A program made the position numbers and the translations under genes. A stretch of 64,000 nucleotides of DNA, from contig JAZDQA010000005.1 of assembly GCA_043797085.1 (NCBI GenBank), positions 128,001 to 192,000 on the forward strand, read 5' to 3'. The first letter of the stretch is position 1, and each line of letters opens with the position of its first letter. The notes beneath the pieces are model-generated. The model did not search any database and was not told where the DNA came from. It saw nothing but the letters and a program-made list of their open reading frames with translations. Positions 32,912 to 42,345 of the stretch are shown here, piece after piece. This DNA is from Pseudomonadota bacterium. GTDB taxonomy: Bacteria > Campylobacterota > Campylobacteria > Campylobacterales > Sulfurimonadaceae.

Positions 32912-33478
32912 ATGGCAACCATCGGAATGGGCGATATCAAAAAAGGGGTACGCCTCGAAATCACGGGTGTACCGTACAGAGTAGTCGATTTTCAACACGT
33001 TAAACCGGGTAAAGGGGCAGCATTTGTCCGTTGTAAAGTTAAAAGTTTTTTAAACGGCAAAGTAGTTGAGAAAACGATTCATGCCGGCGATAAATTCGAG
33101 GTTCCTAATATCGAACACAAAACCATGCAGTATTTGTATGATGACGGTGAAATGCTTCAGTTTATGGACAACGAGAGCTTTGAACAATTAGGTCTTACTT
33201 ATGAGCAATGTGAAGATGCGAGCAAATGGATCAAAGACGGTACAAATGTTCAAATCATCTTGCACAACGGCAAAGCAATCAGCGTTGACGCTCCTGAAAT
33301 CATGGAACTTAAAATCGTTGAAACACCACCAAACTTCAAAGGTGACACATCAAGCGGTTCTAAAAAACCTGCAACGCTTGAAACCGGCGCTGTTGTACAA
33401 ATCCCTTATCACTTGCTTGAGGGTGACATTATCCGTGTTAACACCGTTGAGGGTGAATACATGGAAAAAGTAAAATAA
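32912..33478 (+). CDS. efp: Elongation factor P
   Basis: [17 protein letters not shown]. Confidence 0.97.
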   Translation: MATIGMGDIKKGVRLEITGVPYRVVDFQHVKPGKGAAFVRCKVKSFLNGKVVEKTIHAGDKFEVPNIEHKTMQYLYDDGEMLQFMDNESFEQLGLTYEQCEDASKWIKDGTNVQIILHNGKAISVDAPEIMELKIVETPPNFKGDTSSGSKKPATLETGAVVQIPYHLLEGDIIRVNTVEGEYMEKVK

Positions 33479-33487
33479 ATCTTCTCT

Positions 33488-33508
33488 ATTGCGGATACTC
33501 TCCGCAAT
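33488..33508 (+). terminator. Hairpin terminator after efp
   Basis: ATTGCGGA-TACTC-TCCGCAAT followed by a T-rich tract. Confidence 0.65.
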
Positions 33509-33604
33509 CTATTTTCGCCTTTCTTCTTAACTTCAGTACCATCATAAATTATTCAATACAGACTAAAGTTCAAACTAAATATAATTGTCAAAAAGGAGTT
33601 TTGA

Positions 33605-34171
33605 ATGCCAAAAGTTCTAATCCCTATTGCAACAGGTTTTGAAGAGATCGAAGCGGTGAATATCATCGATGTATTGCGTCGAGCGGGTATTGAAGTGATT
33701 ATGGGTGCATTGGATGAGCATATGCTGGTCAAAGGTGCTCACGGTATTACGGTGCAGTGCGATCGTGTCATCACAGGTATCAGTGCGGATGAGCTCGATA
33801 TGATCGTTCTCCCCGGCGGATGGGGCGGAACAAAAGCTCTTGCGCATGATGCAGCCGTTCAATCGCTTTTAAAAGAGATGGATGGCGCAGGGAAAAATAT
33901 CGGTGCAATCTGTGCTGCTCCGTATGCCCTTTATACGGCGGGTGTTCTTAAAGAGGGATACACCTGCTATCCAAGTGTTGAAGATGAGATAAAAGTCGCT
34001 GGATATAAAGGGGATGAAAGTGCTGTGGTTCAAACGGACAACATTATGACCTCTCGCGGTCCTGCAACAGCAATTTGTTTTGGTTTGGCTATCGTTAAAA
34101 AGCTGACGGGTGATGAAGCGTATCATAAAGTTCGTGGCGGTTTGCTGGCAGAATATTGTGAAAAAATATAG
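33605..34171 (+). CDS. DJ-1/PfpI (YajL/ThiJ) family deglycase
   Basis: GFEEIE, LPGG, AICAAP, TSRGP. Confidence 0.93.
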   Translation: MPKVLIPIATGFEEIEAVNIIDVLRRAGIEVIMGALDEHMLVKGAHGITVQCDRVITGISADELDMIVLPGGWGGTKALAHDAAVQSLLKEMDGAGKNIGAICAAPYALYTAGVLKEGYTCYPSVEDEIKVAGYKGDESAVVQTDNIMTSRGPATAICFGLAIVKKLTGDEAYHKVRGGLLAEYCEKI

Positions 34172-34904
34172 TCTTATTCTTTTGAGCGTGTTGAGTTTCA
34201 CTGCTTATGCTGAGGTGCATCTTTCTTCATCTGAAAATTTGACGCAAGAAAATGCCATCCAATATTGTCGTGATATTGGTATAGGATGGAGGGCGCTGTC
34301 TATCCGCGAGTTGTATGAACTTTCTGAAAATATTTCCTTTAATACAGAGTTTAGCTATTGGTCGGGGATGAAAATCATTTCCGGCAATGCTATTACCGGA
34401 ACGGGAAGTGAGGGTGATGGCGGAGTGATTGAAGTGCTGGGATACAGTTTTTTCCCAAAAGAGCGCAACATTACCCTGTCCCCTCCAACGAAAAAAATTG
34501 CTGCTGCGTGTACCAATCTCCTTGAGAGTAAACAAATACATGACTATCATTTAACGCCTCAAGGGACGGAAGATAAAGGTTCAGATCTGCTGTGGCATTC
34601 ACTTAATGCGACGGATAAGCAACGAAAATATACGTATGAATCAGCCAAAGAGATGTGCGAGAATTTAAGCCTGAATGGACGGATTTGGCGACTTCCTACG
34701 GCGGATGAACTGTACGGCATCGTTGATACTGCTTTTATCCGTCCGAGTGTGGATATGAAATTTTTTGGTCCTATGATGCACCGTTACTACTGGACGAGTG
34801 ACACGCTCAATGAGCACGAAGCGTATGCGGTCGGATTTAAGCTAGGTTCCGTTGCTACGGTTGTTAAAACTGAGTCAGCGTATGCACGATGTGTGAGTGA
34901 ATAA
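34158..34904 (+). CDS. Secreted DUF1566 (Lcl C-terminal) domain protein, two domains
   Basis: GWRALSIREL and WRLPTADEL..YWTS..ARCV motifs; signal peptide from GTG 34158 (ORF track starts at 34110). Confidence 0.75.
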   Translation: MKKYSLILLSVLSFTAYAEVHLSSSENLTQENAIQYCRDIGIGWRALSIRELYELSENISFNTEFSYWSGMKIISGNAITGTGSEGDGGVIEVLGYSFFPKERNITLSPPTKKIAAACTNLLESKQIHDYHLTPQGTEDKGSDLLWHSLNATDKQRKYTYESAKEMCENLSLNGRIWRLPTADELYGIVDTAFIRPSVDMKFFGPMMHRYYWTSDTLNEHEAYAVGFKLGSVATVVKTESAYARCVSE

Positions 34905-34918
34905 ACATTTAATGACTA

Positions 34919-35015
34919 TAATATTCGGGTGAGTCAAAAAAACTCATATCCAGCGAGGATCTAAGCTTAAAATTTAACTAAAGCAAGATAAAGTTTGGAG
35001 AGTATAGAGACTTGA
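34919..35015 (-). pseudogene. Internally deleted relic copy of the 5' part of the lasso ABC-transporter gene
   Basis: 34919-34956 matches 43763-43800 (1 mismatch); 34957-35015 matches 44121-44179 (5 mismatches). Confidence 0.85.
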
Positions 35016-35094
35016 TGTTTGCACGATTCAATTTCAATTTCTGTCAATAATAGTATAATTTTTCCGATTTATTTAAATAATAACAAGGAAGCCA

Positions 35095-35370
35095 ATGTTG
35101 GACGAGAATGCAGCAATTATCCGTAAAAATGAGGTTATATTTTCAGAGATGGATGGAGAACTTGTGATGATGGATCTTGATAAAAACAGCTACTTCGGGT
35201 TGAATGCTGTCGGTAAAGAGATTTGGGAGCTTTTATCCGAAGCCAATACCATCGGCGGATTATGTGCAACATTGATGCAAAAATACAATGTAGATTTACA
35301 ACGCTGCAAGCAGGATGTTACCGCTCATGTTGATAAAATGGTAGAAGTCGGCATCGTTAAGACTATTTAA
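35095..35370 (+). CDS. Lasso peptide RiPP recognition element (B1/PqqD family)
   Basis: EMDGELVMMD...YFGLNAVGKEIWELL...L...Y.V...C..DV PqqD pattern. Confidence 0.92.
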   Translation: MLDENAAIIRKNEVIFSEMDGELVMMDLDKNSYFGLNAVGKEIWELLSEANTIGGLCATLMQKYNVDLQRCKQDVTAHVDKMVEVGIVKTI

Positions 35371-35404
35371 CAGCTTAAATACTTTACAAAGGATTTGACC
35401 ATAT

Positions 35405-37312
35405 ATGGGATCATTTTATTTCATTCAACATTTTATAACTGTTTCGGCAGATTCCATCGCCGATACACTGTTTGAAGCGGTAAAAAAGTATCCTCATGAT
35501 CACGCGGAACGTTTGGTGGCAAATGAGATTGCCATGGGGCGATCGGGTATGCACTGCTATACAAAAACGAACCCCAAAATAGATAATTTTACCCTGAGCG
35601 TCGATGGCAACTGTTTTTATCTGGTGGGGGATATTCGTCTTGATAATCGGTCTGAGTTAATCGAGAGATTAGAATTATCTTCCGATGTATCGTGGTCGAA
35701 TGAAGAGATTATTCTCTGTACGTATCTGCAATTCGGGGAAGATTTTGCCGATTATCTGTTAGGCGATTTTGCATTTGTCCTTCATCATCTCGAAACGGGT
35801 ATGACGTTGGCAGTGAGAGATCATTTGGGGGTTATCCCTCTGTATTATCATGCAAATACCGATTTTATTCTTATCAGTGATACGATCGAGGTGATACTAT
35901 CTCATCCGAGTATCGATCATGGGATAAACGATAACGTAGCGATGGAATTTCTCGTAGCGGGTCATGTTCACAACCAAAGAGAGACTTTTTATACCGTTAT
36001 CCAAAAACTCCCCCGTGCTACTCAAATCCGTTTTAACGATCCAGTACTCATCTATCACACCTACTGGAATAGCGATCATATTCCCCCCTTACACTATGAG
36101 AGTGAGGCGGAGTACATCGATCATCTCCAAGATCTTTTGGAGAGGGTGATTACGGATCGGCTCAAAACTTCCTGCCAGAGTGCGGCCCATCTCAGCGGCG
36201 GTCTTGATTCCTCCGTTATCGCGGTAGCGGCAGGGCGTGAAGTTAAAAAAGGCGGCGGAGTTTTTTACACCTACAACTGGTGTAAACCAGAGATAGGGGA
36301 TGATCCCGATTATCACGAGTGGGCAGATGCTAGATCTATCGCACATGAGGAGGGATTTATCCACTCCGAGATTGATTACACCACCCGATCAGCGATAGGG
36401 GAATTACTCTCTCACAATATCGCGACCTCAGGAACAACGATGTTCGAGTATGAACAGCTGGTATTACCGCTCGCCGCAGAGCAGGGGGTGAAGATCATCT
36501 TCTCCGGTTTCGGCGGAGATGAGATGCTCACGATGCGCTTCAAAAATACCCATATCGATCTGATCCGTAAAGGGAAGTTTTACCGTGTATGGAGAGGATT
36601 AGAAAACGAGATGGCACCGAAGGTAAAACTCAAAACGCTCCGCCTCTTCAAACGGTTCATGCGTCTGCTCTTCAAAAGTATCATCCCTCAGCGGCAAAGG
36701 GAGTGCAAAGTCTGTGAAACACAAATACGCAAATTTTCCAATGCCCTCTCGATCCTCCATCCAGAGTATACGGAGATGCTTAACATAGACGATTTTTTTT
36801 CATCCGCTTTTGCTCAGGTCGATACGATTCATGCAATGCAGCATAGCTATTTAAGTATGGGATACCATCAAGAGCGGATGGAGTGCTGGAATATCATGGG
36901 AAAAAAACAGGGAGTCATCTATGTTTACCCCTATCTCGATAAACGGATCGTCGAATTTGCCCTTTCTCTGCCTGAGAAGTTTTATTTTAAACACGGCGAG
37001 AGCCGATACCTCTATCGGCGCGCGGTGGGTGAGTTTTTACCTCGCGAACTTCTGGATAAACAAAAACCCCCTGAGTCATTTCGGGTTCGACATATATTAG
37101 AACGGATCAATGAAGCGCTCAGTGATCAAAAGATAGAGGAATATGTGAACTTTCGCGAATCACCTTATATCGATACCTCTGCATGGCGTCAAAAATACGA
37201 TGAACTTCAAATACGCATACGGGAGAATCCAGAGGATATCATAGTTCTTTCTGCACTTGCCGCATTTAAAAACAGCGCTTTATTCTTTTTTTTAAGGAAA
37301 AATGACGGATAA
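35405..37312 (+). CDS. Lasso cyclase (asparagine synthetase-like, C protein)
   Basis: RLDNR, GDFAF, RDHLG, HLSGGLDSS, SGFGGDE, YPYLDKR; no N-terminal Cys1; lies between RRE and precursor. Confidence 0.9.
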   Translation: MGSFYFIQHFITVSADSIADTLFEAVKKYPHDHAERLVANEIAMGRSGMHCYTKTNPKIDNFTLSVDGNCFYLVGDIRLDNRSELIERLELSSDVSWSNEEIILCTYLQFGEDFADYLLGDFAFVLHHLETGMTLAVRDHLGVIPLYYHANTDFILISDTIEVILSHPSIDHGINDNVAMEFLVAGHVHNQRETFYTVIQKLPRATQIRFNDPVLIYHTYWNSDHIPPLHYESEAEYIDHLQDLLERVITDRLKTSCQSAAHLSGGLDSSVIAVAAGREVKKGGGVFYTYNWCKPEIGDDPDYHEWADARSIAHEEGFIHSEIDYTTRSAIGELLSHNIATSGTTMFEYEQLVLPLAAEQGVKIIFSGFGGDEMLTMRFKNTHIDLIRKGKFYRVWRGLENEMAPKVKLKTLRLFKRFMRLLFKSIIPQRQRECKVCETQIRKFSNALSILHPEYTEMLNIDDFFSSAFAQVDTIHAMQHSYLSMGYHQERMECWNIMGKKQGVIYVYPYLDKRIVEFALSLPEKFYFKHGESRYLYRRAVGEFLPRELLDKQKPPESFRVRHILERINEALSDQKIEEYVNFRESPYIDTSAWRQKYDELQIRIRENPEDIIVLSALAAFKNSALFFFLRKNDG

Positions 37313-37340
37313 TAGTAGCAATTAATCATAAAGGATCCCT

Positions 37341-37481
37341 TTGGAAACCCCATACAGCAGTGTTCAAGAGGCAAAGTTAGAGTGGAGCCAGCCGAAACTG
37401 GTCGAATTGGATGTCAATCAAACGGAAAGTGCTTCGCTTTCTTCGCCGGTTGAAGGTCCGTGGAGTCATCCATTTAGCTGA
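37341..37481 (+). CDS. Lasso peptide precursor (46 aa): METPYSSVQEAKLEWSQPKLVELDVNQTE|SASLSSPVEGPWSHPFS
   Basis: Not in the ORF track; TTG start with AAGGA RBS; WxxPxL leader motif, Thr at -2, Ser1 and Glu9, C-terminal Ser. Confidence 0.88.
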   Translation: METPYSSVQEAKLEWSQPKLVELDVNQTESASLSSPVEGPWSHPFS

Positions 37482-37508
37482 TAAAAAAAAGAGTATCCAA
37501 ATTTAACC

Positions 37509-37534
37509 ATCACCTCTCGATAAGCAGAGGTGAT
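37509..37534. terminator. Hairpin between the convergent lasso operons
   Basis: ATCACCTCT-CGATAAGC-AGAGGTGAT perfect 9-bp stem. Confidence 0.7.
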
Positions 37535-37580
37535 CCAATCTATTTGCTCAGGTATGTGAATATCCTTATTCTCTCATCGC

Positions 37581-40457
37581 CTATTCATACCAAATATGAA
37601 CAGCTCCTTTTGTTAGATGCGTTATTTTTTGAGTAGTACCGTTTGGCCAGGTTACTTCCATCATTTCAGGGGAATCGTTTTCTTTGATACCAAAATGAAG
37701 ACGATAGGGCTGTGCACTGTCCCAGCTACCGCCTGAGCGAATTTCTTGCACTTGTTTACCTTGTTTGGTATATAAAATGATGCGGCTACCGACTCCGTAA
37801 TAGTTACCAGATTTACTTCGCAGTTCTACGGAAATACTATCACCTCCATGATGATTTTGATAATACTTGGATGACTCGAATACTGTATTCACCACGATGT
37901 CACCATCACCATCGTTGTCAAAATCGGCGATCATGACTCCACGGCTATCTGAGACTAGATCCAAACCAAGGAGTTTTGTTTTATTGAAAAAATGAATCTT
38001 CTGGGATTTTGACACATTTGTTTTATTGATTAGCATTGCATTCGGTATTCGAGTTAAACCTAACTCTGCTCCAGTAGTGATGTAAAGATCCAATAAGCCG
38101 TTATTGTCGATGTCATAGGGGTATGCAGCCCAAGACCATCCTGTAAAGATAGCATCATTGTCAACTAAAACATCATGATAATTTCCTTGAGTGTCACGTT
38201 TTAGCAAGATGTTTCTATTGACCCGTTTAGGGAAACGCTCGGCATGGTATTTGTTGGCGTTTGGATTAATATTTGAAATATTATCCGGCATCAAACGTCT
38301 TTTGCAGACTTGTTGTTCTCCGATATTTTGGATTTTATCACATTCACGAGGATCATTTAAATCCATACCTCTATGTTTAGCCTGTGTTTCATAACAAATG
38401 TCTCGTACATAGTTGTTTGAGATTAAATCGCAGTTGAAATGTCCTGTGTGCAGGTTATTTCGTATTAATTGAAACTCACGACTGATGATGTCTTTACGGA
38501 TATCGGGTTGACTGAGTACTTCTTTGAATCTATTGTTTTGGTATTGTACGCTATTTGAAATACAGTTTTCCCAGAGCTCAAATGTTCCGTCGTTGTCGAA
38601 ATCACCGCTTAAATAACTCATACTTGAATTACTATTGTAAGGAATTTTATTTTTATCGATGAGACGGAATCGATGTTCTTCATCTCCTATCAGTGTTAAA
38701 GTGGGTTGTAGATCATTGGCCAACATAAAATCAACATGACCGTTTTGATCCAAATCGCTAAATAAAGCAGTCATCCCTGCATACTCATTTTGGGTATCGG
38801 GCATATAGTGTATCGATTCTTCTCTCCATCCCTCTTTGCTGCTGATCCATAGCTGATCGTTCATTCCATTACTTTTTAAAAAACCGGATGTCCGTCGTTT
38901 GTCGCTGTAAAAATCTCGATCATAAGCAATATAAATATCTAAAATTTTATCCTTATTGAGATCATATAAAGCGATTCCACCCGTCACGCTGCGTTTATAC
39001 CCGTAAAATTGAAAAGAAGGTTTGAATTGTTTTTTAATAGAATCAAAGAGGTAGATTTGATGTTTTTGAGGCTTGTTCACATATTGATTTTTTAGCAGTA
39101 TCATATCCAGATAAGTATCATTATTGAGATCAGCCAGCGCTATATACTCGATGTTAGCAGGGATATTTTTTCCAAACAAATCGAAGGTAGCATCGATAAA
39201 ACCGTGATTCTTTGTTCCGAGGTAGCATCGTAAAGGGACTCCTGTTTTTGCCATAACAATATCCAGTATTCCGTCGTGATTGATGTCCCCCGCCGCTAAT
39301 GGACTGTGATGAAGAAATTCCCATCCAAGTTCTTTGCGTGTTATGTGTGGCAAATAGGATTTGAAAGCAGTATCACGTGTCTCAAATGTTGGATGCGGAT
39401 TCGTTTCCTTTTGTAAAGGCATTGTGATTATGTGGGAATGATTCCATTGAGTTTTGTAGAGGCTTTTATTTTCGTCACTCCAAATATTTATCCCGGATGG
39501 CACAGGAATTTCATTTTGGTAACGTGTATGTTCGTGTTGAGATGATCTGTGATTAGAACTGGATTCAAGATTGCGTATATAATTGTAGTTCGAAAAATAA
39601 GTCACTACGATAACCATTAGTTCGAATATAAGTATGATGACAATAGTTTTATTTAAATATCGACTTGATTCTAAATTACGGAGCCATGGCACAGTTAATG
39701 TCAATAAAAAGAGGGATAAAAACATATAAATTTCACGTGCACCGAAAAAAAGCTCAAGAATAAGAGGTAAAATAGCGATTGATATCGCAAAGAAAATTTG
39801 TGTTGCATAGCGATCAGGAGAGGTTCGGGGATCGGTAAGCATAAAAAACATAAAGAGCAAAAAACTCCCTGAAATCAGTAAATGAAAAATTTCATAGATA
39901 TTATGCGTGATGAATAAGTAGGTTACTAGAGCATACGTTAGGATAAAAATGACAGGGATAAGAACTCTGTGCACTTTAATGGTGATATAAATTCCAAGAG
40001 ACATCATAATGAGGCCAAGCCACCATAAGTCACCCCATTGTTCTGGGGTTGTATAAGTTTGATAAGGGAAAAACATTAATCCTATGACAACAGCGACATT
40101 GGATGGATTAAGGAAGTGTTTACTTCGGATTATTAGCCAGTGTTTTTGCAGAAGTGCTACGAGTATAACGATAAAATAAATATAAAGATCACTGGTACGA
40201 AGCATAAATGATATGCCTAGCGCAGTGCTGACGGCAGAAAAAGAGAAAAAAGTGAGTGCTTTATTTTTAATATACAAAAGTGTATGCTCGACCAAGATAG
40301 CAAAAGTGACGATGGCACCGATCTCGATCCACCGGATCGGGAGATTTAAAACTATTTTTCCAATCAGCATTAGTAAAATGAGATTAAACATTTGGAGACG
40401 TTGTATTGTATTGGTCTTAGAGTTGATGTTTGGTTTCAAATGTAAAATATTATTCAT
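37581..40457 (-). CDS. Membrane RnfD/UnbU-like domain fused to FG-GAP/VCBS repeats and an ASPIC/UnbV domain (CRTAC1-like)
   Basis: HFLNPSN and FMLTDPRTSP in the TM part; several DxNxDGxxD repeats; GSRI...HFG...V.WP.G C-terminus. Confidence 0.8.
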   Translation of the reverse strand: MNNILHLKPNINSKTNTIQRLQMFNLILLMLIGKIVLNLPIRWIEIGAIVTFAILVEHTLLYIKNKALTFFSFSAVSTALGISFMLRTSDLYIYFIVILVALLQKHWLIIRSKHFLNPSNVAVVIGLMFFPYQTYTTPEQWGDLWWLGLIMMSLGIYITIKVHRVLIPVIFILTYALVTYLFITHNIYEIFHLLISGSFLLFMFFMLTDPRTSPDRYATQIFFAISIAILPLILELFFGAREIYMFLSLFLLTLTVPWLRNLESSRYLNKTIVIILIFELMVIVVTYFSNYNYIRNLESSSNHRSSQHEHTRYQNEIPVPSGINIWSDENKSLYKTQWNHSHIITMPLQKETNPHPTFETRDTAFKSYLPHITRKELGWEFLHHSPLAAGDINHDGILDIVMAKTGVPLRCYLGTKNHGFIDATFDLFGKNIPANIEYIALADLNNDTYLDMILLKNQYVNKPQKHQIYLFDSIKKQFKPSFQFYGYKRSVTGGIALYDLNKDKILDIYIAYDRDFYSDKRRTSGFLKSNGMNDQLWISSKEGWREESIHYMPDTQNEYAGMTALFSDLDQNGHVDFMLANDLQPTLTLIGDEEHRFRLIDKNKIPYNSNSSMSYLSGDFDNDGTFELWENCISNSVQYQNNRFKEVLSQPDIRKDIISREFQLIRNNLHTGHFNCDLISNNYVRDICYETQAKHRGMDLNDPRECDKIQNIGEQQVCKRRLMPDNISNINPNANKYHAERFPKRVNRNILLKRDTQGNYHDVLVDNDAIFTGWSWAAYPYDIDNNGLLDLYITTGAELGLTRIPNAMLINKTNVSKSQKIHFFNKTKLLGLDLVSDSRGVMIADFDNDGDGDIVVNTVFESSKYYQNHHGGDSISVELRSKSGNYYGVGSRIILYTKQGKQVQEIRSGGSWDSAQPYRLHFGIKENDSPEMMEVTWPNGTTQKITHLTKGAVHIWYE

Positions 40458-41290
40458 CAGTATCCAAATTTCCCCATTATCTCTCGATGAGCAGAGGTGA
40501 TTTTGTCTATTTGCTCCGAGGTGAGAATATCCTTATATCCTCCCGTTTTACCTGATCTAAAAAAGCTCTTCGATTTCGTCGGTTTTTCACGGAAACTTTT
40601 TGCCTCTTCTTGTTTTTTCAGCTCCTCAAAACTCGAAAATCGGACTGCTTTAGTCAGACGATCGGGATCGATCTCAAATCCCATAAACTCCAGCATTTCT
40701 TGAAACGTCTCATAGGGGTGTGATAGCATATCCTCATACCGCATCACATGAACCCTAAGCGGTGAATCGATCCAGCTGCGCACATGGGACGACCAATCCA
40801 ACAATCTCTGAGGGAGCTGATCGGCGAGCGTTTTTTCCGAAAGGGCGATGGTAAATGACTCCTTATTGATGTTTGCGTAAGTTTTAGAAATATCTTTCCC
40901 CCCGTGTGCGGCGTAGGAGACTGCTACGTCCATAGGATTACGCAGGATATAAATCACCCCCTTGGTCACCAATGCAGGAAAGAGCGGTTCTCCAACACTA
41001 TTGAGAGTATAAGCATCATGAACTTTGATGTAATAATCACGTGTTGCATGAGCCATCAGCTCCTCATACAAGCGAGGCTGAAAGAGCCGTATTTGCTCCT
41101 CGCTCATGTCCGAGGAGGGGAGACACAGCAGATCATCAAATGTCTCGCGGTTACTCGCGATACCATCGGTTTGCAGAGCATTGATGTCAGCTGGTTCATC
41201 GCTGTTTACGAGATAGTTTGTGATGAGAGCACGGGTCCAGGTATTACCGCTTTTGGGATACGAAGCGAGCCAGTAGATACCGTGACTCAT
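40457..41290 (-). CDS. PAPS-dependent sulfotransferase (Sulfotransfer_1)
   Basis: ASYPKSGNTW 5'-PSB, RNPMDVAVS 3'-PB, RYED, FFRSGKTGG. Confidence 0.95.
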   Translation of the reverse strand: MSHGIYWLASYPKSGNTWTRALITNYLVNSDEPADINALQTDGIASNRETFDDLLCLPSSDMSEEQIRLFQPRLYEELMAHATRDYYIKVHDAYTLNSVGEPLFPALVTKGVIYILRNPMDVAVSYAAHGGKDISKTYANINKESFTIALSEKTLADQLPQRLLDWSSHVRSWIDSPLRVHVMRYEDMLSHPYETFQEMLEFMGFEIDPDRLTKAVRFSSFEELKKQEEAKSFREKPTKSKSFFRSGKTGGYKDILTSEQIDKITSAHREIMGKFGY

Positions 41291-42192
41291 CGCATATCTT
41301 TTTCGATGATGTCGGCGAGTTCACGAAGGGAGTTTTTCTCTTTGGGGCGGATAACACGTTTGACGATGTGATCCTGCGCTAGTTTGGAAGAGAGGATAAA
41401 ATGCTCTTTTCGTATCGGCAGATGCTCCAGAAACTTTTTACGATAGGTGTTGTTTTTAAGGACGGAGAATTTTTCTATTCCGTTGATCTCTTCGAGTACA
41501 ATCTCCTCTTTGGTATGAGTAGAGAGGATATACATGGAGTGTAAAGCAAGAGGTGTATCATGAAAATGCTCAAAGGTCGGAACAGCAAATTTATCAAGTT
41601 CTGGACGAATTTGGCGTAATCCCTCGGTATTTTGATCCAGCATTACAGCACTTTGGTGCCACAGTTTGGTTTGGGGATAGGAGGGGAGAGCGGTAATTTT
41701 TTGATTCTCTCCATCCCAATACAATGCGATCGTATCATCGGAGAGTTTTTTGTAGCCTCTACGGATAAACTCCTGAGAAAGGGTACTTTTTCCCGCACCC
41801 GAAACTCCGGCAAACAGTACAGCCCCCTTGGGGGTTGCAATCGCGCTGGCATGGAGTGTGAGATACCCCCTTTGCTGCAACAACGCTCCGATAGCTGAGC
41901 CAAATAAAAATAATCGTATCTCATCTTCGGTGCAATCATGCTCCTTTTCGATAATAATCTCATTACCGTTACGTACTAAAAAAGCTCCAATCGTCGGGAG
42001 TCTCATGATAAGTTCAGCCTCATTTGCCTCAAAAGTAGGGCCGTGATTAAGAGTATTTTCCAACTTTTTGGGTACATCGCCATACCGGATATGGACCGAG
42101 GAGAGAGCCTTGGCTTCGTCTGCTGTGATGGGAACGAGTTCAGGTGCGATAAATGGTGTCTCGAAATGGAGACCAAAAGCTTTATAATCCAA
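41287..42192 (-). CDS. HPr-kinase-like lasso peptide kinase
   Basis: LHAS, GVSGAGKST, LSDD motifs, as in PadeK/ThcoK-type kinases. Confidence 0.88.
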   Translation of the reverse strand: MDYKAFGLHFETPFIAPELVPITADEAKALSSVHIRYGDVPKKLENTLNHGPTFEANEAELIMRLPTIGAFLVRNGNEIIIEKEHDCTEDEIRLFLFGSAIGALLQQRGYLTLHASAIATPKGAVLFAGVSGAGKSTLSQEFIRRGYKKLSDDTIALYWDGENQKITALPSYPQTKLWHQSAVMLDQNTEGLRQIRPELDKFAVPTFEHFHDTPLALHSMYILSTHTKEEIVLEEINGIEKFSVLKNNTYRKKFLEHLPIRKEHFILSSKLAQDHIVKRVIRPKEKNSLRELADIIEKDMR

Positions 42193-42345
42193 GAAATTCC
42201 TTAAAAATAATCTATATTCAGAGTATCCTATATATTAAAAAAAAGTATACCTGCTTTAGAGCTAAAGTACCTTGAGCCGAAGTAACAAATTGGATTAAAT
42301 AGAGCAGATTGTTCCATTTTGCTTTATATGCCTGGTGCTGCTATC

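Noticed and set aside
34158..34904. DUF1566 gene as a DGR target
   Set aside because: I found no template repeat of its 3' end and no RT nearby.
35405..37312. Housekeeping asparagine synthetase AsnB
   Set aside because: Lacks the catalytic N-terminal Cys and sits between an RRE and a lasso precursor.
42193..42345. Second lasso precursor in the ABC-kinase gap
   Set aside because: The short minus-strand ORF (MEQSALFNPICYFG...) lacks the YxxP/WxxPxL leader, Thr-2 and an acceptor Asp/Glu.
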